NCBI GenBank assembly: GCA_964016885.1
Contig: OZ024741.1
Location: forward strand, 135,098,001 to 135,162,000
Reading direction: 5' to 3'
Source of the DNA: Eledone cirrhosa
Lineage: Eukaryota
DNA: 64,000 bases
Positions 1 through 13,964 of the stretch are shown here, in pieces. The first letter of the stretch is position 1. The number at the start of each line of letters is the position of its first letter. The notes under the pieces were generated by a model. That model did not search any database. It was not told the DNA's origin and saw nothing but the letters and a program-made list of their open reading frames with translations. The position numbers and the translations under genes are program-made.

Positions 1-310
1 CATAGGTACCTGTTACATAACTATTTTATAATATTACATATAAAAACCAGATATAGGAATATATTACACAATTATATTACAACGTTACAAATGTCACAGA
101 AATATCAATATGATAACTATATTATAATATTGCAGATGATAATAGATATAGGAATATTACACGGTTATGTAACAATATTACAAATATAATATAGTTATCA
201 ATTTAATAACTATATTATGATATTGCAGATATTAAGATATAGGAATATTACACGGTTATGTTACAATATTACAGATATTACACCACTGTTATATCACAGA
301 CAACATATTA
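1..310. repeat. Degenerate AT-rich tandem repeat, ~90-95 bp period
   Basis: The motif gatataggaatattacac recurs at ~51, ~145 and ~236 with similar intervening sequence. Confidence 0.6.
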
Positions 311-1438
311 TCAGGTTGTAAAGAAAGTTCTGTCCGTTTTTTAAGGCTCAATAAAACAATAAAACATACAATATCAGATTTATTTAATCGGTAATGAAAT
401 CGCCATTCTCCTTTATGACTTCTCATCTGTCAATAAACTTTTTAATGCAACGTTCATAAAATTCTTTAAGTTTTAATCCACTCAAATGATCTTGCAAACT
501 TCTAAAGAGATGATAATCTGTTGGTGCTAGGTCCGGGGAATTTTGTGGGTAAAGCATTATTTCCCAGGTATATATTTTAAAGAAGATCTTTGGTCTTTTG
601 TGCAGTGTGAGGTATAGCATTATCATGATGAAGGATGAATCCTTTTCTGTTTGTTAATGATAAGCGTTTTTATTGCGTAGTTGCTTTCAAACATCTTAGT
701 TCTTGGCAGACTTCGGCTGTTATTCTAGCAGTTCGTGATAAATTATTCCCGCTACCCAACACACACTCAGAAGAATCTACAGGCCACTTCTGGGCTGTTT
801 AACTGGCTCTTCACCATGATGCCTTTGTATCCATTTCTCATCCCCAGTAATGAATGTTCAAAAGAGGCACTTGAGGCTCACAAGATCGTAGTGATGCACA
901 ACAGTTATCACATTGTTTGTGATTGGCTGCAGGGAGATCATACGAAACCTTTGACACTTTACCAAGTCTTTTAGATTCATGATGAATGGTGGTATAGCTC
1001 ACATTGAAGTCTACACTTAACTCCCGAACTGTAACAGTCAGGTTTGCATCAACAGTGACTTCCAAGTCATTAGAATCCAGCCCTCTTGAGAACACTCCTA
1101 TGTTTCTGAATCGTGAAAACCATCTCCTGTATGTCCATTCAGTCACTACGCCATCACCATAAGTGTTTTGGAGTGTTTTGCTGCTACACTTGCACTATTA
1201 GGTTTTTGAAATTCATAAAAAATAACATGTCGAATGTAATCTTTATTTGGAGTGAACATGGAGCTAATACAACAACTTCAATAAAGTTTGAAATAAATTG
1301 ACAAAGTTTGAAATAAATTGAAACATATTAGTGATTTTGGCATATTCCAAATATAATTGAGAGGTTAGACACCTTTGAATCTAACTCAAGATTTACTTAA
1401 GAAAAGAAAAACCGGACAGGACCTTAGTTACAACCTGA
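311..1438 (-). mobile_element. Decayed mariner (Tc1/mariner) DNA transposon
   Basis: TIRs tcaggttgtaaagaaagttctgtccg (311) and cggacaggaccttagttacaacctga (1438), flanked by TA. Transposase fragments include RRWFSRFR, TVRELS and YPQNSPDLAPTDYHLFRSLQ (mariner YSPDLAP motif). Frameshifted. Confidence 0.92.
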
Positions 1439-1519
1439 TATAAAAGTGTAATAATATTATTGCAGACAAGTTATCTACACACGTAGATCTGAATGTTACT
1501 TACAAGTGTGTAATGTTAA

Positions 1520-1621
<102 letters not shown>

Positions 1622-1904
1622 TTAGAGCAAACATCACGGACGCTCTATCTCAAAATTATTTTTGAAAAGCATTAGAAATGCGCAACCGGTAAAACTTAAA
1701 ACCAAAACTGAATACTAACCAATACTATTACTAATTCTCACTTATTCCTAATTAAACTATTTTTCACTGTGAACAATTTGTCAGCATTTTCTTTTCCGTT
1801 TACCAATATATCATAACTTGTGTGTTACACCTCTATTCTTTTAAATATATATATATATATATTACAGGCTTATGCAATATGCATATATATATATATATAT
1901 ATAT

Positions 1905-4173
1905 TAGGTATAGGATTACCCAAGATGTAGTAATGGTTAATTACTACACTGGATATGGTTGACGTACGGTGAGAAGTTACTCTACGAGTTATGGAAGAAT
2001 TGTTGAAGAAACTTAGTTCCTGATCCTTCTGTATTCCGGAGTGTATATAAAGAATGAATAATAACAGGTAGACATCATAAAAAGGTAATTTATTGCGTGT
2101 GCTTACAAATGTTTCCACGGTGGTACTACAGCCTAGTTATGCTATGTGCAAATTTACAAGAATTTGCAGAACTCAAATATCCAATGCTGTGACCACTGTA
2201 TCCTCAGAGAAGAATGGTAAAATGTACAATGTAAATACCCTTAAGTGGGATTGTTGGGGAAGATAGAGTAGAAAAGGAAGAGAGAAAAGTAGGGGAGAGG
2301 GAGAGAAAGAAAGATATGCAGGGGTTGGAGAAGTAGGAGAGAGTGGTTTGTAGATATCTTAATCAAAATGTTATGGTAGGGGTTTTATTATACTGGTTAC
2401 TTTTGAAGAGATGCGTTGATAGTTAAGGTCGGAATTATTTATTGCCCCAGAGGGCAGGTTCATAGATGTGGAGAGGGAGGTAGGCCAAAGGCGAGAGAGA
2501 GAGAGTGTAATGAATGTAGAGAGAGAGGTAGAGAAGGGACAGACGAAGTTTATGTGGTGAGTGAACTTTGGGTTTGTAGTAGTAATCTGTGAATTGCACT
2601 GAGTTACCATTTATAGTGATAAGCAGTGTATTGTCTTGTAGTGTGGGGGAAGAGAGGGTGGTTAGCTAGAAAGCGATGTTATAATTACGGGTTCGAATGT
2701 TAAGTTATTTTATAGTGAGAGAATTTAGCTTTTAGTTTGTGGTTGCAGTATAATGATCGTTCAATTCTATCGTTAAGTAGTTTGTTTTTGGATTTTAATA
2801 TGTAAAAGAGTTCAAGGTTACATAACCTGCAGTATTTTAATCCACTCCGATATGCACTTGCGCTGGAAAGTATATCCTATTTTAAGGTGAACTGTTGGTT
2901 GCGTTCACGGAGTTGCCAGGTCTTGTTGGCGAGCGTGGTCACAAAACGGTGATTAGGATGTTTGATTGAGAATCGATGACGGTACCAGCGAGATTTAAAC
3001 GAGGTGGTGGTAGATCCGATATAATACCATTTCTGGTCGTTCGATTCAACCGTGCATTGGTAAACAATGTTGAACTTTAGGCATTCATTCTTCAATGGAC
3101 ATCTTTCAGGTAGATGGCAGTTACATTCTTTGTTGTGGGTAGCAGGTATACCATGGATAGGTTGTGATAGCGGTACAGGTGGATTGTGTAATACCCGTCT
3201 CCCATTTAGTGGTTGGGAGGCAGATATTACGTTCTGACCATCTGTTACTAAAATGTTTTGTTTTGTAGAGTTGTCTAATTGCCTTAAGTTAAGTTTTTTT
3301 TATGTATGTTTCAAGGTTTGGTGCCGTGGAGTATGATAGTCTAATAGTTTTAGAGTTCAGAATTTTGCTGTATTTATGGGAACTAGGGAAATGTTTGTTG
3401 ATTAACTTAAAGAATGAAAGAGATAGTTTTGTACTAATCGAGGCATTAAAAATAGGATTGTACCAGATATACTTTCTACAACGTGATTTATTTAGTGGTG
3501 ATTTTCTATTATTAGTATGTCTGGTAGTACTGTGTGTGTGCACTTGTATTTTAGTCCTCCGGTTACGTATTCCTTGATTTCGTGTAGAGCTGTGTGTGTT
3601 ATGGAAATTCCTATCAATGTATTCTATTGTATCCCGGTGGTCGGCCTTCCTTAATGCATTATTGTAGTATTCAGTGTGTTCACTAAAAATATCAGAGTTA
3701 GACGATAGACGAGAGATTCTAAGAGAAATACTCCGGGGAACTGATTTGATCATGGAGAGTGGGTGGTTTGAGTTAAAGTTAATATACGTAAGGTTCTCAT
3801 TCATCTTGTGGAAGGGTCGTATCTGTCCGGTATTTAAATTAAGAGTTACGCCCAGAAAGTTTACTACTTTAAGATTGTATTCGTCTGTTATTTTTAGACC
3901 CAGTTCACTAAAAGATTTTCTAATATTTTTCCGTAGCCTTTCAAAATTTTGGTTATTCAAGTTATTAACTAATAAGAGCCCGTCATCTCTGTATATCCCC
4001 CCTGTAGATTACTAAATTTACTATGTAATATGTGGGCTATGTAAATTCCCACGAGATCCGTGACCTCCGCTGAGTCGTTGGAACCCATGGTAATGTCGAA
4101 ATTTGTGGGTCTGTCCTTACGTTCCCAGTAGCAGTTATCAAACTTAATAATGGTTTTTCTAATATTATTCATT

Positions 4174-4176
<3 letters not shown>
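1905..4176 (-). mobile_element. 5'-truncated Penelope-like element (RT C-half + GIY-YIG endonuclease), disrupted
   Basis: RT motifs FDITMGSNDSAEVTDLVG, VNFLGVTLNL and SNHP. GIY-YIG region CHLPERCPL..CLKFNIVYQC..YYIGSTTTSFKSRWYRH. Bounded by (TA)n at both ends. Confidence 0.9.
2100..2211 (-). ncRNA. Type-I hammerhead ribozyme motif in PLE 3' region (long stem II)
   Basis: Minus strand: ttct CTGAGGA tacagtggt...accaccgtg GAAAC ATTT GTA agca. Stem II is 8/9 paired; stem I is weak. Confidence 0.7.
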
Positions 4177-4220
<44 letters not shown>

Positions 4221-4657
4221 TATAGATAGGTAAATATACACGGGTGTGTATGATTGCGTATAGAAGATTATATTAATAAGAGGAATTCCAACTTTGTCTG
4301 ATTTACTCGTTTTATTTACAATATTTTAAAATATATATAATGGTATTATAATGAAATAGTATGATAGAATATTAAATTCTAAGTGTTAATTGAACAAGTA
4401 CTTTCATGCTTTCGCAATCTTCAGGTTCATGATATGTGGTGACAGTCGAGTTTGCAATTTTCAACTGTAATGAGATGGGTAAATTTACTACCTTTTATAC
4501 ATTTTATACAGAGAACAGTGGCTCCAGAATGCAAAGCCCTGTAAACTGTATTTCGACCAATCAGTGTGTAGTTTCACTGAATTACTACAGCTGATTGGTT
4601 TAAGCGTCACGGCTGGTTGAGCATGCTAACGACCAATAGTCATACCCAACGTTTCAA
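4221..4657 (-). mobile_element. Non-coding pLTR-like unit carrying a minimal hammerhead
   Basis: Lies between (TA)n tracts. Minus-strand order is CCAAT box, TATAAAA, hammerhead, AATAAA (4311-4316). Confidence 0.55.
4391..4429 (-). ncRNA. Minimal type-I hammerhead ribozyme (39 nt)
   Basis: TGAAC CTGAAGA TTGC-GAAA-GCAT GAAA GTAC TT GTTCA: 5-bp stem I, intact core, GNRA-capped stem II, palindromic AGTACT stem III. Confidence 0.8.
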
Positions 4658-5024
4658 TATGCATATATATATATATATATATATATATGCATATTGCATA
4701 AGCCTGTAATATAACAAGGCGCTGGATATTTGTCCAAGCCCTCTGCATTCTGAGATGAAATCCCATCGGGGTCCACCTTAGTTACAAGGTCAATAAAGTA
4801 CCAACCCAATGCTGGTCCAGCTGTTCCATGTGCTAGAAGAAAGGAGGAAGGGTTGAGAGGGTGTCTGCGTCTGCTGCGATTGCATGGGCACCTAAAACTC
4901 TAACAAGTCATACTTGATTGTGAGTGACTGCAGTAGTTTTATGTTATACAACACTGGTATATAAATATTACAATTTCAGAGATAATAAAACGATGCTAAT
5001 AATCATGTACACTATATGTTGTGA

Positions 5025-5520
5025 AGGAGCACGGTTTAGGAGTTAGGGTGTTAGGCTAACGATCGTAATGTCGTGAGTTCGATTCCTGGATGTGCGTTGT
5101 GTCCTTGAGCAAAATATGTAATTATAACTTTGCTCCAGTGGATTCAGCTTGGAAAAAATACTCTTATGTTCTCTACATAGATGTATAATTCAGTAATTCA
5201 ACTGCAAGTGAAGGCACATGGCTCAGTGGTTAGGATTTTCGGCTCACAAATGTAAGAAGTCATGAGTTCGATTCCTGGCTGCATGTTGTGTCCTTGAACA
5301 AGACACTTAATTTTGACATTGCTCCAGTCGACTTATTAGGCAAAAATGAGTTATACCGGTAATTCAAAGGGCCTACCTTGTTACACGCTCTTACGTTGAA
5401 TCTCCCTGAGAACTATAATAAGGGTACACACGCGTGTTTGTGGAATGTTCAGTGACTTGCATGTTATATTTTCTGGTTGATCAAACAATCGGAATACACA
5501 TCGTCGAAACTGACGGAGGC
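5025..5520 (+). mobile_element. Two copies of tRNA-type SINE family 2 (5025-5160, 5212-5520)
   Basis: A-box-like ggctcagtggttagg and B box gagttcgattcc, then tgtgtccttgarcaa. Same family recurs at 25030, 25780, 45307 and 46710. Confidence 0.75.
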
Positions 5521-6241
5521 CCAATAATAAACAACTGCGTTAGAAAGTTATCTTAAAAGCAAATAAGTTGACTTCACCGAATGTCAAAACATAATTAATT
5601 ATATTTGAAACAAACAGTACTAATGCTGTCAAACAGTTAGACTTTATTCATTTTAGAAATGTTGTCCTAAGCCTCCAGTCTTACTAATATTATTGGTCAC
5701 TTGTGGAACATTTTCTATGTTTAGTAGACTAACGTTATTTAGTTCTCTTCAGAAATATATTCGACAGAAAACTTGGAAATTTATGGAACCAAACCAATTG
5801 CAATTAGTCTGTACGACTAATTAACTGTAAAATAAAATTAGATAATTCCTCTAAGGAAGGTATAAAGGAAATAAAATTTATGTGACACAGCAAAATTATT
5901 CTAAATAGCAAGTAACCAAAACAAAAGATCATATTTAGTCTTCGTCTTCATGAAACAAGTCTGAAAATACATACCAATTAAGTTTCACAATTTTGAACTT
6001 GGAAGCAACAACTTAACAAAATGATTCAACATAAACAACTAAAACAATTTCTATTTTCAACACGTCCTCAATCATAATAGTTTCAAAGTTTCTGTTTAAA
6101 ACTATCCAATAATTTACACTCGGCAATACTAATTTAAAGTTTTATAGATTTCGTTTAAAACACCTTTCATCTACAAACATTTCTGAATAAGATATTGTGA
6201 AGAAAACTAACATATTTGTGTAAAATTAGCATAATTTAATA

Positions 6242-6480
6242 GGCGACACAGTGGCAGAGTCGTCGACGGAACGACGGAGAAAATGTTTTGTCGTATATGT
6301 TCCAGTTGTCGGAGTTCAAATCCCATCGAAGTCAACTTTTCAAAGTACCAATTAAATATCGAGGTCGATTCTCTCCCCACCCTCTTTTCCTGGAAAAACA
6401 AATCGACTGCGTTCCGATCTGGGGAGGGATGGGCTCCGTTAGATTCAAATGCCATGATGGCGCCCCTACGACTTCATGAA
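6242..6480 (+). mobile_element. tRNA-type SINE family 1
   Basis: tggcagagtcgt...gagttcaaatccc..gaagtcaacttt, homologous to the copies at 6772, 17757, 27318, 41026, 44932 and 54690. Confidence 0.7.
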
Positions 6481-6771
6481 ACGTTAAGGGCTCATGGCAA
6501 GGCAAAGTAAAATAATGTCTATGAGAGAAATTTCATTTTGATAAACAACGCTTAAGATATTACGGGAAACAATATGAACAGCTGAGAAGTGTATTACTTT
6601 CATGTGTAATTAGAGGGCCGTGATCTCAGGATTTTATGATATTAGAAATTTAGATTGAAGATTCTTAAAAAAACAATAAATCTGTTCTAGATCTATTAAT
6701 TGATCTCAACAATTTTATCTGAGAGACGTCATACTAAGAACGAGATAAAAGATCGTTAATTATAACCTCGA

Positions 6772-6990
6772 GGGCGGTGGATTGATAGTATCGACAGAGC
6801 GTCGGACAACATGCTTTTCGGCATAGGGTTACATACCTTTACTTTCTGAGTTTAAATCTCGCCGAGGTTAACTTTGTCTTTCATCCTTATGGGGTCGGTA
6901 AAATAAAATTTCAGTAGCGCTCTGGGGTAGATTTAATCGACTTTCCCCTTACCCCAAAAATTGTTGGCCTTGTGCCTAAATCAGAAACCT
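6772..6990 (+). mobile_element. tRNA-type SINE family 1
   Basis: ggcggtggattg...gagtttaaatctcgccgaggttaactttg...ggccttgtgcctaaa. Confidence 0.75.
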
Positions 6991-7711
6991 TTAATCACAA
7001 CCTTATACCTCACTAGAAACAACAACCTGGCTAGAACTGATAAATGGAATAATGCAGAGTCTAACCTGTCGATTAAACCATTAGACATTCAGCGGAAAAG
7101 GAGGATTTTAAACTAAAGATTTGAAATGCTAAATACTATTGTTTGACCATAGCCAGAGATTTTTAGAGAATAAATCAACATTCTTAATCCGTTCAGTGTT
7201 TACTCTTTAAATTATTAAATACATTTGTGGGGTTAAATCATATACATTTCTGTTAGGCAGTTACAACGACAATTCTAACTGATAATATCTATATATATAT
7301 TTTTTACAACAAATTTGAACTTATAATGTATAATATATAATATAATTTACTTGAAAATCTTATCAGTTAATCCTTTCACAATATTTAAATTCAGTTTCAG
7401 TTTAGGATTTTTTCTTTAAAGTCGAAAGACATTAGTTTCTTGTAGCATACTATATTCCTATTATTATACATAAAATGAAGGTATTTTAATTTATGCAAAA
7501 GTTATGTTTTCAAATCATCGTATTTGTAATTGTGTTTCTATTTCTAGTCACTGTTCTATTTCTGTTCATTCTTCTGGTGAATTATTTCGAAATGATTAAA
7601 ATTGGTTGTAATTCTACACTCGATATTAGAATAACGAAAAGACAGTTGTAGAAATACAACACCACAGACAAGATGTCTTACCATCCTTATATCTTCATTA
7701 ATCTATCTACG

Positions 7712-7827
7712 GACTGTATGTGAGGGAGCTGTTCACTTTGCAACCACACGGTTTAAGGTTCATACCCACTGCCTTCTAGCATAGCCTCAGGCTGACCAAT
7801 GCCTTGTGTGTGAAAGTTGATAGACGG

Positions 7828-7830
<3 letters not shown>
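7712..7830 (+). mobile_element. tRNA-type SINE family 3 fragment
   Basis: caaccacacggtttaaggttca...tagcctcaggctgaccaatgccttgtg...agacggaaa, homologous to 27952 and 62440. Confidence 0.6.
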
Positions 7831-7871
<41 letters not shown>

Positions 7872-7876
<5 letters not shown>

Positions 7877-8180
7877 AAACGAAAAATCAGTTTATTGTGT
7901 TACAATTGTTTCGCCGGCAGATAGCTCGAGACATGATCGATCATTGTACGGATCTGTCTGATTCTAGATCTGCAGATTCTTCGGACACATGCAATAGTTT
8001 CGGAACAAATTTTCTCACTGGGGTGTTAGCTTCAAAAAACATCTTCCTCTCCTGTCTTGCTATTGGCTGCTGTTTTTCTACGTCATCAAATTCTGGTCAA
8101 TATTTGCTGCCAAACTGGCCATCAGCTACTCTCCGTCCGACACACTTCAATGGACTCATGCTGGGTTTGGTATTTCACAA
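7872..8180 (-). mobile_element. Non-coding hammerhead-bearing pLTR-like element (same family as 16950-17262)
   Basis: Colinear homology with 16950-17262, including the terminus ctgatttttcgttttatatt abutting (TA)n. Confidence 0.7.
7896..7989 (-). ncRNA. Hammerhead variant (CCGAAGA core, long stem II)
   Basis: tgtgt CCGAAGA atctgcagat...atctgccggc GAAAC AATT GTA acaca. Confidence 0.65.
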
Positions 8181-8502
8181 GTCCGCTCACACACACACAT
8201 ATACCCACACATACACACACACATATATACACATACACATACACACACACACACACGCACACGTACATATATACGCATACACATATGTACACACACATAT
8301 GTACGAATATTCACCCGCATACATATACATACACACTCTCTCTCGCACCCACACCCACACACGCCCACGACCATATACATACCAACACACACGTCCACAG
8401 GCGCCTGCCTATATGGCCTCCTACATCCGCTCTCACACGCACGCACGCACACCCACCCACATACACGTACACGCATACAAGGACACGATATATATAAGTG
8501 TG

Positions 8503-9302
8503 TGTGTGTGAGAAAAGAAACAGGATTGGGGTCGCAAAAAATATTTCAAATCCAAACGAAAAACTACAAGTTTTCCCCTACGAAATAACCTCCTCAGTCA
8601 AACGTACTTTCCCATCCTTCTTCGCCACGCCTCCACGCACTCCTGGAAGCATTTTCCCGGGATCTACACAGCTCCGTCTTCGCGGCCCTCCTGATGGCAA
8701 CCACGTTCGGAAAACGAGTCATACTCGAAGATCCATGTGATGACTCTCACCAGTAAGTCTGGCTCGGTTTCAAGACGCTCAAGGATGTCCTGACACGCCT
8801 GCATGCGCCGCTCCGCCCGGTCATCGTTCAGAAGTTTCAACACCATCTTCGCGCAGATCTTCTGCATGTCCGAATATGTGATAATTTTCCAAACGCTGTC
8901 GCGGTCCATGTTCAGCTTGCGATTAGTTGAACAGTCAGCCGATGTTGGTCTCAGTCCCGCTCGTTGAAGGCCTTCCGTTCCTGGTGTCATCTTCAACGTC
9001 CTCATGACACTCGAAAACCTATGAGCGCGACATCGTCTCATCTCCGTATACATGCTGCAGTATTCCGATGCTTCTGGCGGAGTTTTCAGGCTGGTTCGTT
9101 GATCTGTGCCCATTGCTCGACGGCCTAAAATTGAGGAGCTGATAACAAAAGCATATGAAAAAATCATACAATGGCTGTAGAGAGCTGAGATCGCAGTTAT
9201 ATACTCGCCAGATATTACGTCACATGATGATACAGCCCACTAATCCCTACCACAATCATAGCCTTCACAGCTCATTATGTCATGTTACTTTTCTGTCACA
9301 TA
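8503..9302 (-). mobile_element. Internally deleted, decayed mariner element
   Basis: Peptide MQKICAKMVLKLLNDD..RRMQACQDILERLETEPDLLVRVIT-WIFEYD (WVPxxL and TxDExW regions). Degenerate TIRs gtgtgagaaaagaaac / gttactttttctgtcac. Confidence 0.8.
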
Positions 9303-10113
9303 TGTATGTGTTTTGGTGTTGTTTTGTGTCCGTGTATACCTTTCTCTCTGTCTGTTTTTTGTTTTGTAACAGCATTTTAACCACGAGTATTCCAATTGTT
9401 CGAACGACGGAATGACTTGCTCATGAAATTTATCGTGCTAGTGGCCGAGCATTCCACAGACACGTGAACTCATAAAATAGTATGTCTTTACATGACTCGA
9501 TTAGTGAAAGAAAAATATAACAATAGAAAATATATATCTCCTGTTCGTTTGACCCTATTTTATCCTATACACAATATAATCTGCTCATTTTTGAGCTGTT
9601 CAAACGACTGCAACAGATTTCAATCAACGTTATATAAATGGTAGCTACAATTTGAATAACTCACAGGGGAGACCTATAAAGTGACTTTCAAAATGTCAGC
9701 CATTCTCTATATTCTTTGTTACATTGGCTTAGTAGTATTCATTTCTGATAGCCTCATACAAGCTAACGTAGTTTGACATTTCTACCAACGTTACTTACTA
9801 TTAATCAGTAGTTTTCGCTCTGAATGATTGTTGTTCTTTGGTTTAACACGTTATTTTCCAGAAAGCTCCACATAGTATGAATAAGTAGGAACGCAAATTC
9901 TCTCGTTTATTAAGTTACCTTCATTCCACAGTGAGGTGAATAGTGTGAGTTTATGAAATTTCCATTGATTGTTTGTAACAGAAATGATATAAATGTTAGC
10001 TTACCTACTTACTTTATGTACATTTTAATGTGTTCAGGTTAATCTATTCGAATATATACTATTTCGAAAATAAATTATCGGAGGGTTGAATTGATTGAAA
10101 TTTTTAGAAAATG

Positions 10114-10276
10114 TAGAAATATCAAACGCAGAAAATAACTGTAAAACGATCGATTGATATAATTAATAGCTTTAGAAATCTTGTAAAAAACCTTATAGAA
10201 GGAAAAAAGTTTTCTAAAGCTATTAGTTATAGCAATCGACTGTGCTTACAGTTAGTTTCTGCGTTTGAGATTTCTA
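10114..10276. repeat. Foldback inverted repeat (~65-bp arms, ~32-bp spacer), MITE-like
   Basis: tagaaatatcaaacgcagaaa...aatagctttagaaa is mirrored at 10211-10276. Confidence 0.75.
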
Positions 10277-10288
10277 TAACACACACAC

Positions 10289-10404
<116 letters not shown>

Positions 10405-10489
10405 CATGCATAGATGTGTATATATATATATATATATATATATGTTGTGTGTATATGTGTATGTATGTATGCATATAGATATGCATGTG

Positions 10490-10529
<40 letters not shown>

Positions 10530-10602
10530 TTGTATATATATGTATATATATTTTTGTAAATATGTATATATGTATATGTGTTTGTATATATAGATATATA
10601 TA

Positions 10603-10633
<31 letters not shown>

Positions 10634-10714
10634 GGTTGGCAAACCACTGACGAGGGACTAATTTTATAATATGTAACCCATGTGCAACCACGCAGTATTC
10701 CTCTTTCTTCTCAT

Positions 10715-10761
<47 letters not shown>

Positions 10762-10921
10762 GTAATGTACATATATAGAGAGAGGGAGAGACGTGGAGAA
10801 TGGAATCGATTCTTAGTTTTTCCCTTCCTTTCTTACGACTTCCGAATTTCCTATCAGTGTCGCCGTCCGATCTTCTTGGTTATCTCCCCTATTTTCATTC
10901 TACGAGAGCAGTTGTTGAGTG

Positions 10922-11985
10922 ACAAATGGAACAAAACAAAACAAAGTAATGTTTTACTCAGTGTATTTCAACATGATATTTCAGTGCTATTACCCTATTT
11001 TCAGATGCGAAGCTGAAACAGTCCAAGACAAAACAAACGAGCTGTTCAGAGTTTTCTTCTCTAACTGGTCTATGTATTTGCAAAACGCATGCGCATGCGC
11101 GGGGTCGCTACAATAACCATTCTCCCTCGTACATTTCTGACCTATTATTTATTTCTGGTTATATTTAGCTGATGATCTCCTTAATTCTTAAATTTTCGAT
11201 ATGTCTTTCAGTCGCCGCTATGCGGGCCTAAATGGGGGCCCTCAATGTCTTAGTTGCAGCATCTGTCAAGATGTATTTTAACGGAAGAGGCTCTCATTGT
11301 CACGTGTTCCTTGATCCGTATGTGTAGCCTCCTTATGGTACTTCTGACTTATGAGGAGCTACATTTTTTGCACGTGATCGTAAAGACAACATATGCTCCT
11401 ATGTACATTTCTGCATTGTTGATGGGAGAATTAGGAAGTGTGCAGAGATGCTGGTTGGTTTTCTGTGAAGCAGTCTCCTCAATGAGGGTCCCGAATATGC
11501 CAGCCCTATATTCAGTCCCTCCCTACGGATGGCTTGTCTGATGGCAGCTGTCGTCTTTCTATTGAAATGTGGTAGCTTTAGGGAGCACATATTATCCATA
11601 GGGGCACGTGTCTTCCTTGTTACTTTAAGTGTTGCTGCCTTGTCATTTCGGTGTTTGGTGAGAGAAGTAGGGTAGCCGTTTTCGTTGAGAAATATTTGCA
11701 ATTCCACCGTGCTAGTATGTCTGTTGCTACCCTCACTGCATCTGTTGTGTATCCGGGAGTTCTAATTCCGTATATAGGCCATTTTGGCTCTGTATGGAAG
11801 GGCGGAGGCATGGTGCACAAACATGTCTCTGCAGGCATACTTCCTGTAAAATTTGGTGTACATGGATCCCTCCTCTGTGATTCTAGGTTTTGATTTTTTT
11901 GTTTCATCTGTCATCATTTGCCCTTCGTATTTTTCTACCGCATTGTACCGTTGAAAACATATCTCACAATGCTTCGTATTAACTA
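10922..11985. mobile_element. Partial copy of the inverted-repeat element at 52190-53740, interrupted by a PLE fragment
   Basis: 10922-11196 matches 52410-52685; 11900-11985 matches 53632-53740. Confidence 0.75.
11200..11885 (-). mobile_element. PLE fragment of a second subtype (RT thumb + GIY-YIG), disrupted
   Basis: FLNENGYP, LKLPHFN, then VVFTITCKKC..*VRSTIRRLHIRIKEH (GIY-YIG pattern VVYxIxCxxC...YVGxTxRxLxxRxxEH). Confidence 0.75.
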
Positions 11986-12028
11986 CAATAATAATTACTA
12001 TATATATACATATATATATATATATATA

Positions 12029-13216
<1,188 letters not shown>

Positions 13217-13300
13217 CACACACACATACACACACACACATATATATTTATATAAAAGATAACAAGAACGATTGGTTACTCCTTCATTACATTTATTGGT

Positions 13301-13387
13301 AGGTGACGCGCGTTTCGTCACTGATCAGCTCAAGGTTCGATCTGTATCGATCTTACCCGACTCTATAATCCGCAGCTCGACAGACCC
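13301..13387 (-). ncRNA. Hammerhead variant (CTGTCGA core, long stem II)
   Basis: gggt CTGTCGA gctgcggat...gatcagtgac GAAAC GCGC GTC acct, followed by AATAAA. Confidence 0.55.
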
Positions 13388-13964
13388 TTTAAAATGCTAG
13401 TAGAAAATGAATACATACTATATGGTAAAGTCAGAAGTTCATATGTTGGTCAATATGAATTGTTTTGATTGGTGGAATAGATCATAGGGATGTTTTCGCC
13501 TGTAGTGTATGTGGGGGTGGATGTGATGATAAGATGGTGGTGACGGTCGCAGGCTGGGATGGGCTGTGGATTGGGGGTGGTGGATTGTCGGTAGAGAGAT
13601 TGGCGTGTTTTTGTGGCTGATTATTGTGTGTGGTGTGTGGTGTGGTGTTGTTGTTTATGGTAATGGTGTTTATACTGGTGTGGTGATGTGTTGGTGGTGT
13701 CAAATACAATGGCGAGATACATACCTAGACACACTTAGTCTGACAATAACGTTGTATATATGCACATGCGTATATACACATACACACACATACACACACA
13801 CACATACATACACACATATATATATATATATACACACATATACATATATACACATGTGTGTGTATACAGAGAGAGGGGGTTGTCAGTGGGGATGGCGTAG
13901 TACATAGATAGGGGGAGGGGGAGGGCCAATGGAGATGGCGTTGTACATATAAATATATATATAT

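Noticed and set aside
5660-6190. Exon-like blocks with splice-like signals
   Set aside because: The frames examined contain stops and give no recognisable peptide.
10640-10715. CTGACGA core between TA tracts
   Set aside because: No downstream GAAA or stem III could be found.
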